Shown: positions 1 through 7,017 of the stretch, piece after piece
Layout of the letters: each line of letters begins with the position of its first letter
How positions within the stretch are numbered: position 1 is the stretch's first letter
Assembly (NCBI GenBank): GCA_049969675.1
Contig: JBMFOP010000096.1
Location: 1-11,182, forward strand
Direction: 5' to 3'
Origin: Myxococcota bacterium
GTDB taxonomy: Bacteria; Myxococcota; SpSt-1050
DNA: 11,182 nt
Position numbers and translations under genes: made by a program
The notes under the pieces: model-generated
Databases searched by the model: none
The model's input: only the letters and a program-made list of their open reading frames with translations
Told to the model about the DNA's origin: nothing

Positions 1-103
1 TTTCCACAGCTCTAATCTCTCTATCAGTAAAAAGAGATAGGCCGTGCTTTACATCTTGTGCTGAAAAAATCTGTGTTATTATTGAGGTGTTATTGTTTGA
101 CAT
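1..103 (-). CDS. Partial CDS (N-terminal 34 aa, runs off the left edge); probable restriction-modification protein (HSDR_N-type nuclease domain plus N6-adenine methyltransferase)
   Basis: Not in the ORF track. ATG at 103 is preceded by AGGAGAAGGA (111-120, minus strand) and is open to the edge: MSNNNTSIITQIFSAQDVKHGLSLFTDREIRAVE. The IF-x4-VKHGLSLF-x3-EI pattern resembles N-termini I recall for HSDR_N/N-6 DNA methylase fusion proteins. No catalytic motifs are visible, so the CDS is better supported than the product. Confidence 0.55.
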   Translation of the reverse strand, partial: MSNNNTSIITQIFSAQDVKHGLSLFTDREIRAVE

Positions 104-177
104 ATTTAAATCCTTCTCCTTACTGTTCCCATTCGTTCATACACTTCATAAAAAAGCATAAGACCTAAACTTAATAC

Positions 178-206
178 AATATACAACATCAAAGAGCGAC
201 TATCAA
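178..206 (-). promoter_or_regulatory. Putative sigma70 promoter for the left-edge gene
   Basis: Minus strand TTGATA (206-201), 17-bp spacer, TATATT (183-178), about 75 nt upstream of the ATG at 103. The AT-rich background limits specificity. Confidence 0.5.
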
Positions 207-400
207 CAGAAAAGGTCAACAATTCTCTGGACTGATGAAATGTGAACAATTATAACCTTTTTTGGCATAGCCGAAACCAAATGTCTTGAAAAATCTTCTG
301 CGCATTTTGTGTAGAAGTTACGATTAAAGAATCTATATAGACCTTTGGCTTTTAAGCATATAGAATTAGAAAGGCATTATAAACCAAATGACTAAAAAAA

Positions 401-475
401 TGGCTCCCCGGGCAGGACTCGAACCTGCAACCTTGCGGTTAACAGCCGCTTGCTCCACCATTGAGCTACCGAGGA
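401..475 (-). tRNA. tRNA-Asn (anticodon GTT), CCA encoded
   Basis: Reverse complement folds as a cloverleaf: acceptor TCCTCGG/CCGGGGA, D arm GCTC/GAGC, anticodon loop CT-GTT-AA, T arm GCAGG-TTCGAGT-CCTGC, discriminator G, 3' CCA; 75 nt. Confidence 0.98.
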
Positions 476-489
476 GTGGCAGGGTCTGG

Positions 490-518
490 TATATAGAATA
501 AAGAAAATATTCCGTCAA
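490..518 (-). promoter_or_regulatory. Putative sigma70 promoter of tRNA-Asn
   Basis: TTGACG (518-513), 17-bp spacer, TATATA (495-490), followed by a GC-rich stretch just before the tRNA 5' end, with an AT-rich tract upstream of the -35. The -10 is imperfect. Confidence 0.55.
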
Positions 519-924
519 GTATTTTTTATACCAAATAAGTATTTTTTTATTTGGATTCTGTTTTTCCTTCTTGGTTTTCCAGACAATTTGATTCTTAAAG
601 ATTGAATTTATATTCTGTATTGTGAACAGAAAATTTGCTGAACAGTAGTGATTTTTCAGATATATTGAGTATTTTAGGTTGAATGAATATTGTAAGGACA
701 TTCTATCCGCATTCCCTTATTACCTTTAATGCTCACCTGATGTACATCTTTTTCTATAAAATATTGACTTATTCCAGAAAATACTATTTTTACTGCAACA
801 TTCTTAACCAAGATAATCTCGTTAGAATCTCAAAAGGTGTAATCATAGCACTCTGTTTAAAGAAATTTGCTATTTACAAAGCAGATATTGTGATGTAAAA
901 GACTCATCTCTTTTGGAGGTTAAT

Positions 925-1428
925 ATGAGGAGATTTACTTATTTATTGATTGTTATATTGATTGCATCTTCTAATTCTCTTTTAGCATTGGAAGGGGAGG
1001 GGAAAGAGGAGGTAAGAGTAGGAGGTAAGATGAATGAAGAAGGGAAGAAAGAGGGGAAGGAGAAGAAAATCTCTGTCTTTGAGATAGTAAATAAACTCTT
1101 CGGTGTGAATGTTAAGGTGGATGGAAAGAGATTTTCAAAGGAGCAGAAGGCTGAGATATCAGGTAAGATTGAGAGTAATATGAAGGACTGCGTTGCAAAA
1201 GTATTGATGGAGCATGAGGAATTTCAAAAGAGGGATAAGAAACTATTTGATTCAGATTCAGTATTAAAGATTAAGGTTAAAGCAGGGACATTTGATAATA
1301 TTAAGATTATGAAAAGCGTCACAAAATCACCATTTATTAAAGAGTGCCTGAATTCCCTCAAGGAGTTTGAGACTGGTCATAATATAAATTCCGAACTGAT
1401 AGTAAAAGTAAAGACAAATATTAAGTAG
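925..1428 (+). CDS. Secreted hypothetical protein (167 aa); C-terminal half possibly a divergent AgmX/PglI C-terminal (TonB-C-like) domain
   Basis: Start moved from TTG 913 to ATG 925, which has GGAGGT upstream. Sec signal peptide MRRFTYLLIVILIASSNSLLA, an E/G/K-rich linker, then a domain with two Cys (NMKDCVAKVL ... FIKECL). The CDS is confident; the domain call is weak. Confidence 0.75.
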   Translation: MRRFTYLLIVILIASSNSLLALEGEGKEEVRVGGKMNEEGKKEGKEKKISVFEIVNKLFGVNVKVDGKRFSKEQKAEISGKIESNMKDCVAKVLMEHEEFQKRDKKLFDSDSVLKIKVKAGTFDNIKIMKSVTKSPFIKECLNSLKEFETGHNINSELIVKVKTNIK

Positions 1429-1439
1429 AGGAGGATCTT

Positions 1440-2693
1440 ATGAGAAAAATTGAAATTATAGCGATTCTCTTTTTGTTTTTATCACTTGCCTGTTCCGAGG
1501 ATATCAAAAATAATCATCTCACCGATACAGGGCAATCAGACATTACATTAACAGATGTCGTAAGAGATATAGATACTCAAGATGTTAATAGAGATGGAGA
1601 GATTGGGCCAGCGGATATTGGTGATGAAGATATTTCAACTGATATTGGTCTGGATATTGTAACAATTGATATTCAGTTGGATGTAAATGAAGGTGAGATA
1701 ACTGAGGAGATCTCAGATGTAGTATTGGAAGACACAGAGGTGGTTGATATTGCTTATGATGCTACTTCTGATGCGATTTCCGAGGATATCAAATATGAAG
1801 ATGCGGGGTCTGATATTTCTACTCAGGATGCAGGTCCTGTTGATACCGGAACAAAGAGAGGGCTTTTATTCTCAGCAATAAAGAAATTTAAGACAAAGCC
1901 TTCTATATTTTATGTAAATCCAGAAGGAGGAGTGCCGCAGGAGATATCTCCGGATTTGTCTGATGAATTTACAAGGCCATTCTGGGCACCCGATGGAAAT
2001 TCATTTTATTTTGAATCATCAGGGAAGATTTATAAAACACCATTTGGTAAATTTGAGCCTGTTGAGGTATGCTCGGGGATGGATTTTGCTGTATCCCCAG
2101 ATGAAAAGTTAATCGCCCTCAATAAATATGTAAAGATTAATGAATTTGGTGAATATGATTATGAACTTTTTATTTACCACATAGATACAAAGGAATATAT
2201 CCAGATTACAAATTTTAGGGATGGTGAGATGGAGAATAGACCTTCATCCCCATCTTTTTCACCCGATTCAAAAAAGATTCTCTTCTCTGTGTTAAATCCA
2301 ACTGGCGCTTATGATGTGTATTCGAGTGACCTTTTCATATATGATATTGAGACTGGTTTTATGGTAAATATTACGAATCAGGCAAAGAAGATTCAGGCAA
2401 TGGTTGCTAATCGTTCTGCCGAATGGGCAACTGATATAAATAAGTATGCATATTTGCACATATTATATCCGGAATCAGGTTATTATCTGGTAGAAGGATT
2501 AAACAATACGGTAAGAATATCAGAAGAGACTCATAATGGAATAGACGGTATCGCCTTTTCTCCCAATTCAAATGCGCTGGCAATTGCCACCGGGCTCGGG
2601 AAGGGTATTAAGATTATTGACCTGAAGGGTCAAATACTCTATGAACTGCCTATTATTGACCTTGAATATATTGATAATCTCAGCTGGAAGTAA
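1440..2693 (+). CDS. Lipoprotein with an acidic low-complexity linker and a TolB-like (PD40/WD40-like) beta-propeller
   Basis: RBS GAGGAGG; lipobox LSLA-C18; about 120 aa of D/I/T/E-rich linker; repeated propeller turn motifs PFWAPDGN, AVSPDEK, PSFSPDSKKILF, AFSPNSN. Confidence 0.85.
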   Translation: MRKIEIIAILFLFLSLACSEDIKNNHLTDTGQSDITLTDVVRDIDTQDVNRDGEIGPADIGDEDISTDIGLDIVTIDIQLDVNEGEITEEISDVVLEDTEVVDIAYDATSDAISEDIKYEDAGSDISTQDAGPVDTGTKRGLLFSAIKKFKTKPSIFYVNPEGGVPQEISPDLSDEFTRPFWAPDGNSFYFESSGKIYKTPFGKFEPVEVCSGMDFAVSPDEKLIALNKYVKINEFGEYDYELFIYHIDTKEYIQITNFRDGEMENRPSSPSFSPDSKKILFSVLNPTGAYDVYSSDLFIYDIETGFMVNITNQAKKIQAMVANRSAEWATDINKYAYLHILYPESGYYLVEGLNNTVRISEETHNGIDGIAFSPNSNALAIATGLGKGIKIIDLKGQILYELPIIDLEYIDNLSWK

Positions 2694-2694
2694 A

Positions 2695-3540
2695 TTATGT
2701 AGAGATACTGTCGTAATCTCTTGCCGCAAAGCAGTTGATATTTACTTTATATTCATTGGCGGTGGTTATTACATCCTTTACCATCTTATCTATAAATTCG
2801 TCATTATGTGATGGGTCGTGATGAAAGAGAATGAGCGTCTTTGCTTTTGAGAGTGAAGCTAAATTGAGAGCATCCATATTTGAGGAGTGTCCCCAGCCAA
2901 ATCTATTGGGCAGTTCCTGAATAGTAAATTGGGCATCTACAATCAGATAATCGGAGTCTTTACAAAATTCTGCAAACTCTTCAATTGAGCGGGCATCTTT
3001 CGCACTGGAATATAATTCGCAGTCAGTCATAAAGGTAATTATCTTTCCATCTTCCTCAAATCTGAAGGCAAGGGTCTCCTGTGGATGATTTGTATTTGTA
3101 TAACTTATCTTTGCACCACCTATCTCAGAGCCGCTTGGGAATATCTCTTCAAATGAGAGCTGACTCTCCATAGTATTAATTCCAACAGGAAAGTATGGAG
3201 TCTTCATCTGTTCAGAGAATATCTCCTTCAGTCTATCTTTATTTCGCTCAACACCCATTACAGCAAATGCATTGTTTGGTATATATGCAGGGACAAAAAA
3301 TGGGAGACCCTGTATATGGTCCCAGTGAAAGTGTGTAAATAAGAGGTATGTTTTTCTGGCAGCGAATTTGTTGCTCAACATATAGTTGCCAAGTTCTCTA
3401 ATACCGGTCCCGGCATCAATAATTATCTGGATGCCAGATTGGAGATTAATTTCAACACAGGTGGTATTCCCACCGTAATATTCTTTCCATTTACCCGGCG
3501 ATGGTATAGAACCACGTGTTCCCCAGAATGTTAATTTCAA
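2695..3540 (-). CDS. MBL-fold metallo-hydrolase (phosphodiesterase-like; RNase Z/PhnP-related branch)
   Basis: TTG start with AAGGAG RBS. Motifs FWGTRGS, DAGTG, THFHWDH (HxHxDH), NHPQ, MTD, GHSS, FHHDP; the metal-ligand set appears intact. Substrate not determinable. Confidence 0.92.
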   Translation of the reverse strand: MKLTFWGTRGSIPSPGKWKEYYGGNTTCVEINLQSGIQIIIDAGTGIRELGNYMLSNKFAARKTYLLFTHFHWDHIQGLPFFVPAYIPNNAFAVMGVERNKDRLKEIFSEQMKTPYFPVGINTMESQLSFEEIFPSGSEIGGAKISYTNTNHPQETLAFRFEEDGKIITFMTDCELYSSAKDARSIEEFAEFCKDSDYLIVDAQFTIQELPNRFGWGHSSNMDALNLASLSKAKTLILFHHDPSHNDEFIDKMVKDVITTANEYKVNINCFAARDYDSIST

Positions 3541-3586
3541 TATAAGACTCCTTTTAATTTATATTTCATACAACCCCATTTATCTT

Positions 3587-6500
3587 CTACATCTGGAATA
3601 TCAGATAGAAGAAGATCTTCTCCATATTATGTGCATTCTGATCCTTTAGATGGAACGAAGCAAATACAGCCTTGCCTGAATTAGGTGAATCCTTGTATGA
3701 GACTATTACCGGACGCATTGTCTTATCGTTATAGACATCTCCCTCAATATGTATTACTGTGTTAGAACCAGCAGAATCCATTGTTGTCCAGCATATGGAG
3801 GCGATACCTACCTGATTTATCCCGAGGAGAGCTACCATGTTCTGGTCTATTACATTACACTGGAGTGGGGCGGTACAACCTGTCATACCCCTCGCCGAGC
3901 CTCCGGATTGGGCAGCATTAGTAGAATTATCATCCCCATAAAAATCCACTGCGTTAGGGAAGAGCTTTTCAAAGTAGTCGTAGGAGTAATCAGATGCCAT
4001 AAATGAATTACCAGCGGCTACCCAGTTTCTGAGGTTTGTTATGACACCTGGATCCAGATTCTCTATTGCACCACAGTTTATGATGAGGATATCATACTTT
4101 TTCAACTCGTTATAGTCAGTTACAACTTTATCATCATCCTGAACATAAAGTGTATAAGGCAGTTTGAGGTCATCCAGAATATGCTCCATCGCATCCCATT
4201 GTCCCTGCATAACCGCTATTTTTGCATTGGATTTTACGCATTGTGCTCCAATATCGGTGGTCTCCCTGTTCTTTACAACCACAGGGATATCTGTTGTAAA
4301 TGAACCGGCGGCTATATGAACTGTCTGATTCCCTACCGGAACACAGGAGAGTGTAAAGTAGCCATCAGGGTCTGATATTGTGCATTTGCTCCCTACACAG
4401 ACCTCAGCACCACCTATCCAGATCTCCTGCCCGGGGGAACAGACTCTCCCTGTGACATTTCCGCACTCTGTATTTGGGTCCGCTCCATATCCATGCAGGA
4501 CCACTGAGTAGACAGGGTCTATAGCGTCTGTGCTGGATATATCAAGTTTCCCTTTATCTTCGCCATCTTCCATTGGTTTGTATCTAACTGTGACAGTCTT
4601 CCTCTCCCCAGCGGCATATTTACCTGTTGGAACAGAGCCCTGAATTGAAAAGTCCGGTGAACTTTGTGCAGAGAGTTTGATTGAATTTACCTCAAGATCT
4701 GCGGTCCCACAATTTATTACCTCTACTGTCTGGTCAGATTGTGAGCCAATATTTACAATGCCATATTCAACCTTTTTGGGATTTACACAGACCTTGGGAC
4801 CTGTTCCACCTCCAGAGACTGGGATGGTGGCAGCTGTTTTGGGTAAGAATCCAGAGAGTATCTCTACCAATATCTTACCGGTCTCTATCTTTATATCTCT
4901 CGGCTTAAAAGTAACATCAAATTTTGCGCTTTTGCCGGGCATTAGTGTCTTGGGGATTGGGAAATTCCCAAGAGTAAATACGGGGCTGGATGTTGAATCA
5001 AACTTTAAGCCAGAAATTAGGCAATTTTGATTGCCGGTATTTGTGAGTGTAACTGTTACATTCTTCGTGGTCCCGAGCTGAACGAGGCCAAACTGAATTG
5101 GATTGGGTATTGCCTCAATGATACAGGGTTGTGTCTTAACGCCCTCTCCCTTCAATAACACATCCTGATTGGGATGTATTTTGTCATTACTTGTTATTCT
5201 CCAGCGGGACTGTTCTGCCCCAATAATTGAAGGTGTGTAGGTAAAGTAGACATTCAAAGATTGTCCTGGCTTAACTGTAGCCCCATTGCTGAAATCCGGC
5301 CTTGTCATCTTAAATGAATCGGGACCCTGTATTTTAACAAAAGATGTTATGTTGCAATCAAGTTCACCTGTATTTGTTAGCATCAGCACCTTCTCAGAAC
5401 TTGTCTTGCCCTGAACTACAGAGCCCATATCCAGTTCAACGGGGTCAACAATAAGATTACAACTTGGACCTTCCTTACCGTTTCCGGTTACTGTAATATA
5501 ACCATTTGGTGATTGTGGGTCATTGGAAGTCACCTCAATTCTTCCACTATCTGGACCTATATCTTTTGGGGTATATTTTACTTTTAATATATATTTTTGT
5601 AATGGATTCAATTCAATGGGTAAAGATGGGGTCTCTGTCCAGCCAAATTCATTAGAGGTAGTACTACTATATTCCATCTTTGAGATTATGAGTTTCTCCG
5701 AACCACAGGAGGTAATTTCAAATTGCATCTCTTTTGTCTGACCCACTACGACAGAACCAAAATCTATGCTATTTGGTGGTTGGGGACATATTCGGGGTGC
5801 AATACATCCACCCTTGAGCAGGATATATACTTTTGTTTCATCCGGGTCCTCGCTTGTAATAACGAGCGCACCCTTATCATTACCACCATTAACTGGTTTA
5901 TAGTAAATGGAAAACTCCTTCTTTACTCCTTCTTTGTATTCTCCAGCGACATCTGTGGGTTCAAATATAAATTCTGGGTATGTTGGTGTCTCCATCTTTT
6001 CAATGGAACAATCTGGAGCTGTAGGCGGACACTGAATAATCTTTGCATCAATTATATTTAAAGGATAGTCTCCAACATTTGCGACAGAGAATCCATATTT
6101 CTTACTCTCCTGTCCAAAACTTAATGTTCCAAAGTCAATAGAGAGCGAATCAGATTTATCATCATTACATCTTTTCTCATCTGTGAGGCAAACCTCTATA
6201 TCTGCAAGGACACCGTTCCCTTTCAGATTGATGGTTATAGTAGATTTGTCTTTTTCATTGGTCTTGATAGTTAGTGAACCTGTATCAACTCCTTTGTTTA
6301 GAGGAGAATAACTTATCTGAAGGCCAGTCTTCTTTCCGGCGGAGACCTTGAGGTCCTTTATCTTTGCGGAGAACTCTGATGAGCCAGTAATTGTCGGATT
6401 CTCCATAATAAGGTCACTTTCACCGGAGTTTGATATCTCAACTTCAATCATCATTACAGAACCGACAAGGACATCTCCAAAGTCCAGTTCAAAGAGGTCT

Positions 6501-6634
6501 CCGTTTCTGGTCATCTTTCCGTTTGGGTCCTTTACTTCAGCCCTTGGAAAGATGGTGGTCACATTTGAATCATCGCAATTGCAACCACTCACTATAATTG
6601 GTAGCAAAATTCCTAAAATAAAATACTTTTTCAT
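3587..6634 (-). CDS. Large surface lipoprotein: six ASH/choice-of-anchor-D Ig-like repeats, a carboxypeptidase-regulatory-like domain and a class I GATase-like C-terminal domain
   Basis: RBS AGGAGGT; lipobox IVSG-C18 (CNC). Six ~110-135 aa repeats with pattern [LI]DFG..V.G ... N.G...L.I ... Y.P...G...G...I.S.D ... L.G.G. Then GNVTGRV...GAEV...SDPDGYFTL..VP.G, and finally IAVMQGQWDAMEHIL...YDILIINCG...LRNWVAAGNSFMASD. Confidence 0.88.
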   Translation of the reverse strand: MKKYFILGILLPIIVSGCNCDDSNVTTIFPRAEVKDPNGKMTRNGDLFELDFGDVLVGSVMMIEVEISNSGESDLIMENPTITGSSEFSAKIKDLKVSAGKKTGLQISYSPLNKGVDTGSLTIKTNEKDKSTITINLKGNGVLADIEVCLTDEKRCNDDKSDSLSIDFGTLSFGQESKKYGFSVANVGDYPLNIIDAKIIQCPPTAPDCSIEKMETPTYPEFIFEPTDVAGEYKEGVKKEFSIYYKPVNGGNDKGALVITSEDPDETKVYILLKGGCIAPRICPQPPNSIDFGSVVVGQTKEMQFEITSCGSEKLIISKMEYSSTTSNEFGWTETPSLPIELNPLQKYILKVKYTPKDIGPDSGRIEVTSNDPQSPNGYITVTGNGKEGPSCNLIVDPVELDMGSVVQGKTSSEKVLMLTNTGELDCNITSFVKIQGPDSFKMTRPDFSNGATVKPGQSLNVYFTYTPSIIGAEQSRWRITSNDKIHPNQDVLLKGEGVKTQPCIIEAIPNPIQFGLVQLGTTKNVTVTLTNTGNQNCLISGLKFDSTSSPVFTLGNFPIPKTLMPGKSAKFDVTFKPRDIKIETGKILVEILSGFLPKTAATIPVSGGGTGPKVCVNPKKVEYGIVNIGSQSDQTVEVINCGTADLEVNSIKLSAQSSPDFSIQGSVPTGKYAAGERKTVTVRYKPMEDGEDKGKLDISSTDAIDPVYSVVLHGYGADPNTECGNVTGRVCSPGQEIWIGGAEVCVGSKCTISDPDGYFTLSCVPVGNQTVHIAAGSFTTDIPVVVKNRETTDIGAQCVKSNAKIAVMQGQWDAMEHILDDLKLPYTLYVQDDDKVVTDYNELKKYDILIINCGAIENLDPGVITNLRNWVAAGNSFMASDYSYDYFEKLFPNAVDFYGDDNSTNAAQSGGSARGMTGCTAPLQCNVIDQNMVALLGINQVGIASICWTTMDSAGSNTVIHIEGDVYNDKTMRPVIVSYKDSPNSGKAVFASFHLKDQNAHNMEKIFFYLIFQM

Positions 6635-6647
6635 ATCTGACCTCCTG

Positions 6648-6887
6648 TTAAAATTGTTTCACAATAATAAAATACAAAATAATTATTGCAATCAGGCCAA
6701 GAAATACAAGAAGATACATCTTATCTGACTTTAATATCCTCTCAAAATCGCTGTATATCTTCTTTTCCGCTTCTGTTAATTGCCCTTTATCAATACCTCT
6801 TAATAATTCATTAGCCAATTTATAGTTGCCGGACTGGATATAACCGTCTATCATATTAAGGGTGCTTTTTAACTTATTGTCGGACAT
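6648..6887 (-). CDS. Small hypothetical membrane protein (79 aa) with one C-terminal transmembrane helix
   Basis: Start moved from 6983 to ATG 6887 (GGGAGG RBS, downstream of the promoter at 6912-6940). Helical soluble N-terminus, hydrophobic tail MYLLVFLGLIAIIILYFIIV. Its stop directly abuts the RBS of the 1015-aa gene. Confidence 0.8.
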   Translation of the reverse strand: MSDNKLKSTLNMIDGYIQSGNYKLANELLRGIDKGQLTEAEKKIYSDFERILKSDKMYLLVFLGLIAIIILYFIIVKQF

Positions 6888-6911
6888 ATGTCCTCCCGGT
6901 ATACGTAGGGT

Positions 6912-6940
6912 ATTATAATGACTTGAGAAAATAATTGCAA
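6912..6940 (-). promoter_or_regulatory. Sigma70 promoter for the minus-strand envelope operon
   Basis: TTGCAA (6940-6935), 17-bp spacer, perfect TATAAT (6917-6912), about 25 nt upstream of ATG 6887. Confidence 0.7.
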
Positions 6941-7017
6941 CAGATTTTTGTTGCCAATAATCAAATGAAATAATATTTAGCAATCTGGTCTTTTTCAGGC
7001 ATAGATGAGTAATTTAT

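Noticed and set aside
401..475. A:A mismatch at the top of the tRNA anticodon stem and G at position 21
   Set aside because: All other arms, the CCA end and the promoter are intact; such variants are within normal tRNA variation and do not indicate a pseudogene or recoding.
366..701. 111-aa minus-strand ORF
   Set aside because: Reads through the tRNA-Asn gene and its promoter; the LGSSMVEQAAVNRKVAGSSPA segment is just translated tRNA.
683..898. 71-aa plus-strand ORF
   Set aside because: No convincing RBS, composition typical of translated AT-rich intergenic DNA, no recognisable motif.
913..924. ORF-track TTG start at 913 (and likewise the 6983 start of the 6648 ORF)
   Set aside because: Both extensions run over the RBS or promoter of better ATG starts at 925 and 6887.
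1440..2693. Assigning the symbol tolB
   Set aside because: Lacks the TolB N-terminal alpha/beta domain, is a lipoprotein, and no tolQRA/pal genes are adjacent.
2695..3540. MBL protein as a beta-lactamase or anti-phage effector
   Set aside because: No signal peptide and the motifs fit the common FWGTRGS phosphodiesterase-like family; no adjacent defence partner genes.
3749..6728. Six plus-strand ORFs (3749, 4677, 4681, 5523, 5723, 6348)
   Set aside because: Antisense shadows of the well-supported 1015-aa lipoprotein gene, with no motifs of their own.
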